From the human T2T-CHM13v2.0 reference genome, Homo sapiens: 64,000 nt of DNA. The stretch lies in assembly GCF_009914755.1 (NCBI RefSeq), contig NC_060945.1, one strand, 5' to 3'. The position numbers and the translations under genes were made by a program. Below, piece by piece: positions 1-13,037 of the stretch. Below the pieces are notes generated by a model that was not told the DNA's origin, did no database searches, and saw only the letters and a list, made by a program, of their open reading frames with translations. Positions within the stretch are counted from its first letter, which is position 1. Each line of letters begins with the position of its first letter.

Positions 1-389
1 ATTGAATACTGGCTGCCACTGTAAAATGGCAGAGGCTAAAACAAAGCACTACCACATGGTTCTCCCAAGGATATAAAACAAGCTAGAGGCCTACAGCAAA
101 GTTTGCTACTGACCAGTTTACCAGGCTAATTTTAACAGAGGGCTTATGGAGTCCGAGGCCCACATCCCATCCTAAGGTACCTGTCTTTTTGACAGAACCA
201 TACAGGAAGACATGCAAAGCACATCAGATTGGTTAAAGTCTAAGACCAACCTCACAAATCCTTTTTCATACTCAAAACTTTGCAGAGAATATAAACAGTG
301 ATAGTTGGGGTCCTGGCCTAGTAAAACATCTTCTAAAAGGAAAAAAGCCTCTGCCATAGAGAGCCCTCTCTACTTGCAGGGCTGTGTTA

Positions 390-462
390 TTAGGTTGGTG
401 CAAAAGCAATCACCTCCCCTGCCATCTAAGTAATGGCAAAAACCACAACTGCTTTGCACCAA
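390..462. mobile_element. MADE1 MITE (Hsmar1 derivative), degenerate
   Basis: TA followed by ttaggttggtgcaaaag...taatggcaaaaaccacaactgctttgcaccaa matches the ~80-bp MADE1 palindrome; nested in ERV internal sequence. Confidence 0.85.
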
Positions 463-985
463 TACACCAACTCCTGACCTGGTGGAAAAAAAGTTAAAAA
501 AAAAAGTTTAAATTGCAGGGCTGCAAGGATTCTTGGGGTTTGAACCTCTTATTCTTATGTGAGTGGGTTCCTCCAATAGGGAGAGAAACTTTTAATTGCT
601 GTTGAACTGAGCTGGACCTCTCGGTCAGGCAAGGGGAAGACTCTGTGGGCACATGGCAAGGAATGCTGGCCAGCCTGCCACATCGGGCCCTTGGGCCATG
701 AGTCTCAGCCGTGCCTGGCAGGGAAGAGATTGGGAAGCTGCCAATTTTGGCAGAACACTGTCAATATTGCAAATGAAAAGATAGGTGCCATTACAGTCCT
801 GAAATAAAGGAGAATGCCATAGAAAAGACTGGATCAGATCGAGGCTGATATCAGACCCCTGAGAGCAACACCCTGGGATAGGGGGATGCAGCTTTCTCTA
901 CCCTCAGAAGTCTGAGGACAAGAAGGCTCAGAAATGAGAGGGGAAAAGATTTTTTTGGTCCACACTTTACTCATCTTTCATCATG

Positions 986-1003
986 TCCCTGTACAGGCCA
1001 CCA
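986..1003 (-). other. Retroviral primer-binding site, tRNA-Ile(AAU)-like
   Basis: Minus strand TGGTGGCCTGTACAGGGA, 3 nt from the LTR end; differs from the complement of the tRNA-Ile 3' end (TGGTGGCCCGTACGGGGA, recalled) by two CpG-type transitions. Confidence 0.75.
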
Positions 1004-1006
1004 AAA

Positions 1007-1429
1007 TGATGCAGGGTTTTTTGCTCCTTAGTTCAGCTAAAATCTGGCTTTTAGTGTCACAACCAGGGAAAATGAGGCACAGAGACACACTGAAAGGTGA
1101 GGAGAGCAGAATTTAATAAAAGAAAGGTCTCTGTATAAAAAAGGGGTCCTGCCAACAGGCTCCCTCCTCACAGACTGAATACCAGGCCACCACCACACTG
1201 CGAGCTGCAGAGGCCAGGCTCCTCCCACCTGCCTAAGGTGTGAATTCCTGCTGGCTCCACCCTATTCTCCCCGTGTGCAGGCAAGCCCTCAGTCTGAGCC
1301 ACTCCGCATTGATTTACTTCCCTTACTGCGCATGTGTTAAGAGACAGAATTTTTCACTATGGGCATGGTTAGGCAAGCCCCCTGTGCACAATCACCTGGG
1401 CAGGATTTGGCTGTCTCCTGTCTTTATCG
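1007..1429 (-). mobile_element. MER61-family LTR (5' LTR of the provirus)
   Basis: tgatgcagg...gctccttagttcagctaaaat...ggctgtctcctgtctttatc matches the reverse complement of MER61; PBS adjacent; homologous to 43012-43757. Confidence 0.85.
1361..1380. promoter_or_regulatory. p53 response element within MER61 LTR
   Basis: GGGCATGGTT AGGCAAGCCC = 19/20 match to RRRCWWGYYY x2 with no spacer. Confidence 0.7.
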
Positions 1430-2348
1430 ATATGAGGGTTAAGAAAATTCACAAAGAGAATATCCCTCTCGCATCATCGATACATTTTGGTGAAATGTTC
1501 AGTGGCACATATCTTCCAGGACCTTGCTAAACATACTTTTGCTAAGCCAATCACTTTTAAGGTGTATTTCTGGCTATAAAGCATTTAAAAAAGGTTCCGT
1601 GTTATCCTGGATTTTTATTTGATACTTATTTATACACTTTAATGTTATCGGTCATAAGATTGTATGCTATCATTTTGTGGATCACTATTCATACAGAGAA
1701 AACAAATTTACAGGTGAAATTCTGCAGAAGACATTTGGTGAAATCACATTTTATGCAAGAATGTACAATTAATGTTCCATCACTAAAATAAGAATATGCT
1801 ACCTCCCTTTGAAATATGGAATACATTTTAAAATAAATAACTCAGATGAAGAAGCATAATATTGAGATGGCATTATCAGTAAGTTTTATCCAAAAGTTAT
1901 AAATCATGTTTCACCTGAATGTATTTAACCTATTCCAATGCTCCCATTATGTTTGAATAATGGAGCAAAATCACATATTTCCACTGATTCATTAGTCTTT
2001 CGGAAAGTGACAAATTTGAAAGATTACTCTGACATGAAATACATACAATTTTATGCAAATACATAATTTAGTTCCATTTTATAGCATATACTGTTAGCTG
2101 AAATAAAAACGGTTACATAGAGAACACCATTGTGGATGCTACACTGGAGAGGTGTTCAAAAAAGGCATCATGTGAAGTATTTCAAACTTTGTTAATTCAT
2201 TATGCTGATAAATTCAGACAGTTAAATTTGCTTTCACACATATTTAGCCTATACTGTTACATTTCAGGTTAAAAGAGAATAAAACTAAGATGTATTATAA
2301 GCACTGTCATATCAATTTTATTAAGAAATTTTCTCCCAAAATGTCTAG

Positions 2349-2644
<296 letters not shown>

Positions 2645-3739
2645 CTAGTTTACTTTTTCTAAGCTGTGACCATACGAAGTGGAGTGATGAAAATCTAGAT
2701 AATTCTAGGTAACATCATTGCACCTAAAACGTAAAATAAATGCTAATAGAGATGATCAGGTTCAATTATATTAATTTTTTTTCTATTTCCATATTACTCT
2801 TTGTTGATAAATCTGTAGCATTATTTATTTTAAAAAACACTTTCAGAGTAAGACAAGTTATAAAAATATGCAAGTTGATTCTATCATTGCCTCCATATGT
2901 ATTTTCACAAATTTGGAATAAATTCTTATTTATTGGAATATAGTATGTATGTATGTATTTGCATATAGATTACATAAATTATTCACATAGAAGTGCATTC
3001 ATGAGAGAGAATGTATGAATAAAGAAAAACAAAATATATAAAAAAATAACAATCTGCAGAACCCTAGAATTCAAGATGAAGACATTTCTTGAACTGAATT
3101 CTGTATGTAACAGGATCAGAATTCCTTAAAGCTCATATTGTAATACAGCTACAAGTTGTATTGGATCAGAATTTTTAAGGCTGGAGCCTATTTTAAAGAT
3201 TCAACTATTGCGATTGAGTCACAGTGAGATGAAATTTTAAAAAGATTTCAAGGAATTATAATTATCTACCTAACTTTACCCCAAGTTAGTCTGTTTTCTG
3301 TATTGAGCTGCCATAAGATTTAAACTTAAAATACATTAATTTGCTTTAAATACTAAATTCAATGACATTTCTGATGTTTAGTGTACTATAAAAATTGTTT
3401 GGGAATATAAAGGTGAATTAAAAATGTTTCTTATTTCTGTAAACCTCTATCTCTTAAAATCGAAAAAGCTAAGAATAGTTAAATGCAATTTCACAATTAC
3501 ATACAAAGTTTTCTGGGGTCAAAAATGGAAAAGATATAGCATAATATAAGGAACAGTTGGCATTTGACTTATACCTTGTGTAATGTATTAATAATTGACC
3601 ATAAAATATAATTAAATACCTGCTGTGTACAGGCACTGTACTTGGTAAACAAAAATGGAACAACAAACATAGATTAAAAACCAAATGTTATAACAATTGA
3701 AAACACAGATTAGTTAAAATTTCAACTCTTCCACCTAAT

Positions 3740-3935
3740 AGCACTGAGATCTCAGAATACCTGGGTTCCAATGTGGACTCCATTACCAAGAAACAGTGAG
3801 AAATTTATACAAATGATACACATCTGCAAAACATGGATCAAAATTCTTGTCCTGAGAATTGTTACAAGTATTAAAGCATGCAAATAGGTTACAAAATGCT
3901 TGCAGAGAGAGTAAGCACACAATAAATGACAATTA
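3740..3935 (+). mobile_element. MIR fragment
   Basis: cctgggttccaat...catctgcaaaacatgg...gtaagcacacaataaatg resembles MIR core and tail. Confidence 0.5.
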
Positions 3936-4463
3936 TAATACTGTTGTAAAAGAAACACTGCTTCTATTCATATCATCTTTTCTAAGACTCCAGTGCTAAT
4001 GAGTTCTTCCTTACATGAAGGTTTCACAGGAGGGATTTGACATGATTTAATTATGATTGCTCCCTGGTTGACGGCAATTATAAGCACTATCAAATTGTAA
4101 GATGCGTCTCCATTTTATTAATGTTAAATGTGCAAAAATATGTTTTAGAATTGATAAAACTGGGTAATGTTAAGAGTAATACTATTAGCAATTTGATGAC
4201 AGCCATTCTTCTAAGAAACTTTAATGGGGTAAATGGAACATAGTGTGTTAGCCATAGTCTTGGAATGGTGATAGGTTTGAATCAGTGAACAGCATTCAGT
4301 AACTATGTAAACCTGAGAAAATCTTATCTCGTAAGGTAGTTATAAGAATTAAAATATAACAATGCATGGATATACTCAGCGTATTATTTGACACTTTCAT
4401 GGCTTAAATATTGCTTTAAAAAGTTAGGGATGTGAAAATATTCACATGTTATTATGAGTACAG

Positions 4464-4847
4464 CCTATGGTCTGAATGTGTTCCCTGTAATTCATTTGTT
4501 AAAAATTTTATTTCCAATGCAACTGTATTGGGAGGTAGGGCATCTGGGGAGGTGTTTAGGTGATGAGGGCTCCACTCTCATGAATGGATTGATGCTGTTG
4601 TAAAAAGGGCTAGCAGGAGTGGATTCCTTTTCTCCTCATGTTCTACCATGTGAGGACACAGCACTCTTCCCCTTTTTGCCCTTTTTGTCTGCAATCATGA
4701 GAAAACACAGCAAGTTGGTCCTCACCAGATGCCGGATGTCTTGATCTTGAACCTCCCAGACTACAGAATTGTGACAAATAAATTTCTGCTTTTTATAAAT
4801 TACCCAATCTAACATATTTTTATAGCAGAACACAACAGACTAAGACA
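4464..4847 (+). mobile_element. MaLR solo LTR (MSTD/MLT1A-like)
   Basis: ctatggtctgaatgt start; gagggctccactctcatgaatggatt; aataaatttctg; ends gactaagaca. Confidence 0.85.
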
Positions 4848-5000
4848 GAATACATTGATTTTATAATTTAAAAAATTACATAAAATTTTAAAATAAAATT
4901 ATGTCAAAAATATGATGAAACACATACTCGTTAACTGATATATATTTTATCTTCTATATGTGACATAGAAAATCAATTTTTCTAAAGCTGAAAACGCTGT

Positions 5001-5500
5001 TGTAATGGTTAAGTTTCTCTAGACAAATAGCCCCAGTTGTTTCTTGAAGAGAGTGAAGAGAAAAAGAGAGAGAGAGACTATGAGGAATTGGCTTGCCCAG
5101 TTGTGGAGGCTGAGAAGTCCTACAATCTCCTTTCTGCAAGATGGAGACCCAGGGAAGCCAGTGGTGTAATTCGAGTATAAATGCTTGAGAACCTGAGAAG
5201 TCAATGGTGTAACTCTCAGTCTGATAGCCTAAAATATGAGATGAGACATTCCAGTTTAATCCACAAAGCAGGAAAAAATAGGAGGTGGGGTGAGTTTCTC
5301 CTTTCTCCAGTTTTTGTTCCATTCAGGCCCTAAAGAGACGGGAGGATGTCCATCTACATTGGGGAGAGCGATCTATTTTATTGTGTCTATAGATTCAAAA
5401 CCTAATTTCATCTTGAAACACACACACAGACACATCCAGAAATCATTTAATCTGAGCACCTCATGTCCAATTAAATAGACATATAAAATTAATTATTACA
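5001..5500 (-). mobile_element. MLT2-family (ERVL) solo LTR
   Basis: gaggaattggct...ggaggctgagaagtcc...gacatataaaattaattattaca matches reverse-complement MLT2. Confidence 0.8.
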
Positions 5501-5744
5501 ACCATCTTCTGAGTTGAGTGCACAACTTAAGGATTTTTGCATTACATCCCCAAATACTTTGATATAAATGTTACTTGATAACTTCCATTCAGATAAATGG
5601 ATGTGATATCGCTAATAGAACTTCACCTTGCCTTTTGTCCAGCCTACTGTCCTACTCTTGCTTCTGTTTCTAATAATACTTTCTAAAAGCTGATTGTCTG
5701 CATTTACAGTGAAGAAAATATTCTTTAGCTTATTAGTTTATTAA

Positions 5745-6385
5745 TTTGTTCAATGATATTTATGGGGTACCTGATATTGCTCAGCATATTCTACTTGTAA
5801 GGAATAGCTGCGAAACAAGCAAATGAAAAGGCATTGCTGATATTAAACTAATTGTTAGTGAACATATACTTTAAAAATACATAAAATAGGTTAGAAAATG
5901 CCAAGTGTTATAATGATAAATAAAACAGTAAATAAATAAGGTGGCCAGGTGGAAAAGTGTTTGCAATTTTAAATAAGATCATAAGAAAACCTTGTCTCAT
6001 AAGCTGACATTTGATCAAAGACTGGAAGGAAATGAAGGAGTGAATCATATAGTCATCTAAAGAAAGATAATCCCAGGCAATAGAAAAAAAAGTTCCAAAT
6101 GCCTGAGGTGATATCTTCCTCATATATCACAGGAAAAGCTTCAGAAAAATAAGGAAGATAAAGTGTTAAGAGATAAGATCGGAGAGGTAGTATGGGTCCA
6201 AATGATACAGGGCACTGTCACCTCAAAAAGACTTTTTGTTAACATTGAATAAAAAAGGAAGGTATCAAACTTGCATATTAACAGGATCACTCAGGATTCT
6301 GTGTTAAAAACAGACTATGAAAAATCAGAGTAGAAGCAGGCACACTAGCTATGAGGCTATTGCATTAGTCCAGGAAGATGTCGAC
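5745..6385 (-). mobile_element. L2 3' fragment
   Basis: tgacatttgatcaaagactggaagg, ggatcactc, gaggctattgcattagtccagg are L2 3' motifs. Confidence 0.65.
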
Positions 6386-6439
6386 ATATGGTGATGTTAA
6401 TGACCATGATATGGTTAATTCATTTTGAGTCCGCATGTT

Positions 6440-7450
6440 ATTTCACCTCTTTGACACAATTGATCACTCACTCCTCTATGACAATTTTTAAAATTTTGCT
6501 TAGCCTCCCAAGCCATAACATTTACCTAGTTTCCTCCCCAGGAGTCTAGTTCAGGGGAGTTATTTTGCTGCCTCCACTCCCACTCTGGCTGAGCCCAGTC
6601 AGGGATATTTGGCAATATCTGAAGAAACCTTCAGTTTTGTCTCACCTGGGGACAGGATATGCTTCTGGCATCTAGTAGGTAAAGGTCAATGATGCTGTTA
6701 AACATCCTACAATGTATGGGATAGTCTCCCATATCAAAGAATTATCAGGCCCCAAATGTCACTAGTGCTGAGATTGAGAAACCATGGTTTACCTTCTTGC
6801 TGATTCTTGCTTATTTTCCAGACATTTAAATTTCGCCATTGGACCCAGACTCAGTTATTGGACCTCTTCTCTCTCCATATTCTCTCACTGTCTAAGTGAT
6901 CACTAAGTTATATAAGTCTGCAGTCAGAAGACTCCCAAATTTACATCTCAATCCTGGACTTCTACTTCAAACAATGCTCCATCTGTCCAATGGCCCATTC
7001 AAAATATCTAACACATAGATGTTTCTTAGATCTTTGCAAATTAACAAGCCACAAACTGAACTACTTCTTTGTTCCCAGAAACTTTTCTCTCATAGTCTCC
7101 CTATCTTGATGAGTAACAATTCCATTTTTTTTTTTTTTAGGTTATTTAAGCCAAAAATACTGGAACACACTTGATTCTTTTCCTTTTGTTACATTCTACA
7201 TTGAGTCCTTCAGGAAATCTTTTCTGCTTACCTTTCCAAATATATCAACAAATCAATCACTTCTCATCATGCCCACTATTTTCAAACTGGTTCAGTATCA
7301 ATTAACTTTTATTTGTAGTATTTCAACAGTTTCTTAACTGTATATCCACCTTAATTTTTGTCTCCAATCGTCTATTATTTATCTACCCAAAAATCTGACA
7401 AATGATTTTAGATCTTAAGTAGATTTTGAAAATTCTCCCAAGTCTTTTCT
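6440..7450 (+). mobile_element. L2 fragment interrupted by MER20
   Basis: tttgacacaattgatcactc, gactcccaaatttacatctc, ccttccaaatatatc-like L2 motifs. Confidence 0.65.
6550..6786 (+). mobile_element. MER20 (hAT-Charlie)
   Basis: atttggcaatatctg...ctggcatctagt...aaacatcctacaatg...aaagaattatc...ttgagaaaccatg. Confidence 0.88.
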
Positions 7451-7490
7451 TTTTACTAGTAATAAAAGGCACTTAAAAAAAATGATACTG

Positions 7491-7765
7491 GGCCAGGCTC
7501 GGTGGCTCATGCCTGTAATCCCAGCATTTTGGGAGGCTGAGATGGGCGGATCACGAGATTAGGAGATACAGACCATTCTGGCCAACATGGTGACACCCCG
7601 TCTCTACTGAAAATACAAAAATTAGCTGGGTGTGGTGGCACACGCCTGTAATCCCAGCTACTCGGGAGGCTGAGGCAGGAGAATCGCTTGAAGAGGTTTC
7701 AGTGAGCTGAGATCACACCACTGCACTCCAGCCTGGTGACAGAGGGAGACTCCATCTCAAAAAAA
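7491..7765 (+). mobile_element. AluSc-like with ~11-bp internal deletion
   Basis: Dimeric Alu with A tail; TSD aaaaaaaatgatact on both sides. Confidence 0.95.
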
Positions 7766-9819
7766 AAAAAAATGATACTAATACTCGATGCAAACCAACT
7801 GATTCTTACTAGGATTGTTTAATCATGACAATGATACTCAGACTTAACAGTTCTGAGGAGTTGGTGATAAAAAGATGTGAGAAAAGGGGAAAAAAAAGTG
7901 TAAACCTGCAGGTTTATAGAGTCTTCCTATAATAAAAGAGAAAGAAGAAATAGAAATTTTAGCAAACTCTGCTGGGATGCCTTTTTTTCTGCTTTGAAAG
8001 CAGAAAATATAAACATAACCAAACAGAGTCGGTATTTCACTCCTTCCAATGTTTCTATCTCCCTGCTTTTCACATCATCTTGCTAGTGTTCTGTATTCAC
8101 ATTTGTTCACCTGAATTACTCTTATTTAGAGCAAAATAAAACTTCTTCAAACTAAAAAAGCAAATATATTAGAAATGTATTTCTAATGCATTTGACTATT
8201 GACATAAAAAAAGCAATAGTCAAAATATTATGCAAATACAATTTTGACAATTTTTAGAAAATGAAAATATGTTTTTACCCAGTCACAAAAAAAGCTATTA
8301 GAGCTTTATGGCTATTGTGTTGAAAATTTTCAGGTGTACAGAAAAACTGAAATTGGTAATATTTTTGCATCTTTTGGAGAAATTCAACAAAAATTTAATG
8401 TTAGTAAGATAACATTTCATATGAGGAAAATATTCAAATTGCCAAATATTTTAAGTCAAAACACACTTGTTGAAATTTGTTAGTTCTAGCCAATATTCTT
8501 TATGTTCTGAAGTTATAGTGCAAAAATATTTTGTAGAGTAGACATCCTAATCCTAGCTGAAATAAACTTCTCATGATCAATTGCATGATTACAGATCTGT
8601 AAGCAGTGTGACAAAGTCATGAGTCACAGTGCAAATGCAGTCATAATGCAAACACACCTAACAAACATTCCTCAGCAACCTCTCTTATGTACTGCACATA
8701 TTTAATAAACACATTTACTGTATACCCAAGAACCACAGTAGGTAGACATGCATTCCATGAAATTAATGTGTCAATTAAGTGTTAAACTAGTTAACGGTTT
8801 CCAATAGCTTTGATTGTGAACTAATTCACACTAAAAGAAGTCAAAGTAAGCACAGTGCATTTCTCTTTGGTTGCATAGTGGATTAATTAATTACTTTTGC
8901 ATTGACCCTACTTATAGCAGCATTAGGAGGGGGATGAAGTATTTCGAGAGAAATATAAAGTGTCCTGATAAAGGCAATCATGTCAGTCTTTAATTTTCCT
9001 AGGTGGTATAAAGTAGAACGCAAGTAAAACAATAACCTAGCTCCTTAAATATCTTGGATATATTGTATCCTTGATTGCTGAGCCCTGCAAACTGGTTCAT
9101 ATTTAATTAAGTCAGACTTGGCAAAAGCACTTTCTTTTTAACAGTATGTGGCTTCTTTCTTTCTTTCTTTCTTTTGTAACTTCAATGCTTTATATTATTT
9201 TATAAGAAAGCAGGTATAATTAACACCCATGTGATCTGGGGTCTGAAAAGTGCTTTAATATAAAACATTTCTTTGGAGCTGAAAGTAAAACCATGTCTGC
9301 CGTAAATTATGATGTTAACTTCTTTTGGAACTACCCCAAACAGAAACTTCCAAATAAAATTAAATTAAGGAATATATTGGTATATAATTTAAATCAAACT
9401 GAAAAATTATATATTTCCTAAACTAATATCAAAAGTATTTACATACATTTAACTTAATTAAATTAGGAAGTGAGGTTTTCATTACATTTTTATTATATCT
9501 CACTTGTAATTTATAAATTCTGGATTCATTTTCATTTTTATTTTTATTTAAATTTGCATTTCTTTTTCATGAGACTCATTCTTTTGTGTAAAGATTGCAA
9601 CCAGAATAGCATCCTTAGAAACATGATTATTTTACTCTGGATCAACAATAGCATAACTAATTCATTATTTCCTATTAAGCAGAATAATGACATGAATTAC
9701 TTAATATAAAATAATAATGAAATTTGGCTAAAGTGCCTATAAACTTAGATATAATCCAGTAATTAAATAAGTATAAAAAATTTAATATTGTAGTTAAATC
9801 TTATGCTTAGTCTACTTTT

Positions 9820-11345
9820 TAAAATATATTTTATCTTTTAGAGAAGTTTTAAGTTCACAACAAAGCGAGCAGAAACAGTACAAATTTCTCATATACTCCC
9901 TTCCCCTTCACATGCAAAGCCTTCATCATTTCTCAAATCCCCCACCAGAGTGGTACCTTTATTACAACTGATGAGCCTACGTTGACACATCAACATTACC
10001 CAGAGTCCATAGTTTACATTAGTGTCCAGTCTTAGTGTTATACATTCTATGGGTTTGGACAAATATATCATGATATGTATCCACCATTATGGTATCATTT
10101 TACTACACTACAGAATCATTTTACTACACTAAGAATTATCTGTTGCCTGCCTATTTACTCTCCCCTTTCCCTTAAACCATGCAACCGCTGATCTTCTTGT
10201 TGTCTCTATGGTTTTGTCTTTTCCAGATTATTATATAGTTGGGATCACACAGTATGTAGAATTTAAGGCAGATGTTTTTCATTTCTTGTTAGCACTAAAT
10301 TATATTCTACTGTCTGAAAGTACCATAAGTTATTTACCTACTCACCTTCTTAAGGACATCTTAGTTGCTTGCAAGTTTTGGCAGTTATAAGTGAAGCTGC
10401 ATCTGTGCGCAGGTTTATGTGTGAAAGTAAGTTTTAAACCCCTTTGGGTAAATTCCAAGGACCACAATTACTGGCTCCTATGTTAAGAGTTAGTTTCCTT
10501 TTGAAAGAAACTGACTATCTTCCAAAGTGACTGCACCATTTTGCATTCCCACCAGCAATAAATGAAAGTTCCTGTTGCTCCACATCCTTGCCTGCATTTA
10601 GTTTTGTCAGTGTTCTGGTTTGGGCTATTCTAATAGTGTTACAGTAGGTAGCTAGTCAGACATGAGCAAGGTATACACACACTGGGAATGTTAGGCGGCC
10701 ATCAGATGGTAGTCAGGCAGTCAACTGTCCTTCTGAAATATAACCAGTACAAGGGCAAGCAGTCTCCCAATAAACAGAAACACCTGAAGCTGGTGATCAG
10801 CAGCTTCCTGATAAGATGTCAGGAGTTGGGTGAATGGGCTCCAGCATGTGTACTAAGAGGCAAAATGTTGGAGTTTAAGTGGTATACTACTTTCTGGGGA
10901 CATTTGATTGGTAAAACAAGACACCTTAAGTGAACATGTGTACAACTCTAGTAAACACACTGTGCATGCTCACCTCCCAAGTGCGAGCAGGCCACTGCAC
11001 CTGCAGACAGCCCACCTCATGGGAAGAATTGGGGAGAAGAAACACATGACCTCAGAAGCATGCCAACATATACAGACCCAAGTCAAAAGGTCCAACCATG
11101 CACTTAATCCCTCAAGCCACCCACTTGGCCCTATTTCAAGTGTACTTCACTTCCTTTCATTCCTGTTAAAAAGCTTTTTAGAATACTTTCACTTCTGCTC
11201 TAACTTGCCTTGGTCTCTTCTGCCTTTTACCCCTCAGTTGAATTTTTTTCTTCTGAGGAGGCAAAAGTTGAGGTTGCTGCAGACCCTTAGGAATTCATTG
11301 CCGGCAACAATAGGTGTCCCACTTTTAATTTCAATATTGCCTCTT
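9820..11345 (-). mobile_element. Old L1 3' end (L1MC/MD-like), interrupted by MER50
   Basis: cccccaccagagtggtac...cattctatgggtttggacaaat...ttgcattcccaccagcaat motifs; resumes after the LTR. Confidence 0.8.
10637..11309 (+). mobile_element. MER50 solo LTR (ERV1)
   Basis: TG...CA ends, 4-bp TSD ATAG (10633-10636, 11310-11313); cagacatgagca, gctggtgatcagcagcttcc, gaggttgctgcagaccc. Confidence 0.9.
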
Positions 11346-11599
11346 TAATCATGGATGATATTCATTGTTCATGACTATTCATATTTTAAGATATTAATGT
11401 CTATTCACATTTACAGTGGTTTATTGCAAAAGAAATAACTAACCATAATATACTCTTTAGATTGTTTTGTATATGAATATTCTAACTAAAAACACAAGAT
11501 TTATGCAATAAAAATGATATACAGTAAATGCATTTATTATCTCACTTATTTAGGCCAACGCATACATGTGCCACAGGCATATGGATTATTACCTTCTAT

Positions 11600-12030
11600 A
11601 ATAGCAGGGACACATGCTCATCAAGATCCACAGCAGTCACAAACTAAGACCCTACTAAGAATGGTGCTGTCTAGGTTTTGGCAGTGCCAAGGTGCACAAC
11701 CATAAAAAAGGAAAATCTGGAGTATTTTGTTACTTGCTTTATAACAGCTGAGAGCAGAAAACAAGGTAAGGATGCAGGTTACTGTTTCTCACGTGCTTCA
11801 ATCTTTAAATCAGAAAATAAACTCTTCTGCTGAAGTACATTAACAAAGCTCCATGAACATCTCATTAGCCAGAAGTGTTCACACACCTTCTCTAAATCAA
11901 TTGATTGACAAAAGGGAATTCAATTATAATAATAGGCCTGGAGTAGGCACTTTGCTGCTGAAAGAAAACTGGAGTTCTGAAAACTAAGAAAGGAAGAATG
12001 ACTGCTTGATGGTTTTGAAGGATTCTGCCA
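11600..12030 (-). mobile_element. Old MLT1 (J/K-like) LTR remnant
   Basis: catctcattagccagaa, aaactggagttctg...aagaaaggaagaatg; highly diverged. Confidence 0.45.
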
Positions 12031-12454
12031 CATGTATCTCCATTTACAATCAAGTGATGCCATCTCACATGTAATAATTTCATTTAAAATGTTTGTAAAA
12101 TGACAAACTTATTTGTAAGAAATATTTCTTTAAAAACACAAAAAATTAGATTTGAATTAAACAGCTTATTTTAGGAAATCGTTCAATTAAGCTTTCTGGA
12201 AGAATGTAAATATATTCAATCACATGCAACTCAAACTTTTAACTGGAAAACTTGAAAGTAAAAAGGTGTGATGAACAACCATAAAGCAGAAACTAGAAGC
12301 ATCTGCTTTTGCTCATGTAGGGAGAAATTGGAGACTGTTGCTGTTGTTGTTGTTGTTGAGTAGATGAGTTTATCAGGACTTACATATCAGGGAGTCCTGG
12401 GTGGCAGTGAGATAGCTCTAGAGATCGGTACCGCTAATCATCTCTAAGCTGCTT

Positions 12455-12747
12455 ATTTTTTTTTTATTTTTTATGTATTTATTTTTGAGATAGGGTCTCA
12501 CTCCGTCACCCAGGATGGGGCGCAGTGGTGTGATTATGGCTCACTGCAGCCGTGAACTCCCAGGTTCAATTGATCCTCCTACCTTAACATACTGTGTAGC
12601 TAGGACTATAGGCTAATTTTCACATTTTGTAGAGATGGAATTTTGCTATGTTGCTCAGGGTGGTCTCAAGCTCCTGGGCACAAGTGGTTCTCCTGCCTCG
12701 GCCTCCCAAAGTGCTGAAATTACAGGCATGAGCCACCGCACCCAGCC
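12455..12747 (-). mobile_element. AluJ
   Basis: Dimeric Alu; TSD tctaag(c/t)tgctt at 12443-12454 and 12748-12759. Confidence 0.92.
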
Positions 12748-12759
12748 TCTAAGTTGCTT

Positions 12760-13037
12760 TTTTTTTTTTTCTTTTTTCTTTTTTGAGATAGGGTCTCACT
12801 CTGTTGCCCAAGCTGAAGTGCAGTGCATCAATCTTGGCTCACTGCAACCTCTGCTCCCCACCCTACTGCCCACGACCACAGGCACACATCACCACCCCTG
12901 GCTATTTTTATGTATTTTCGCAGAGACAGAGTCTCACCATGTTCCCAGGCTGGTCTCCAACCCCTGAGCTCAAGCAATCCACCCTTCTTGGCCTCCAAAA
13001 GTGCTGGGATTACAGCTGTGAGCCATTGCGTCCTGCC
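12760..13037 (-). mobile_element. AluJ (tandem with previous)
   Basis: Poly-T, gagatagggtctcactctgttgccc...gtgctgggattacag; rearranged right arm. Confidence 0.9.

Larger units (their letters stand above)
1..1006 (-). mobile_element. ERV1 (MER4-group, MER61-int-like) internal leader region, continues beyond the left window edge
   Basis: Directly abuts the LTR end at 1007 and carries a primer-binding site; contains recurring 'ttgcagggctg' leader-type repeats; no intact ORF. Confidence 0.75.

Noticed and set aside
5745-7450. Opposed L2 pair as a miR-28/151-type hairpin source
   Set aside because: The two fragments cover mostly different parts of L2 and are too diverged for visible complementarity.
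10094-10131. 17-bp direct repeat atcattttactacacta
   Set aside because: Small slippage duplication inside an old L1; no independent significance.
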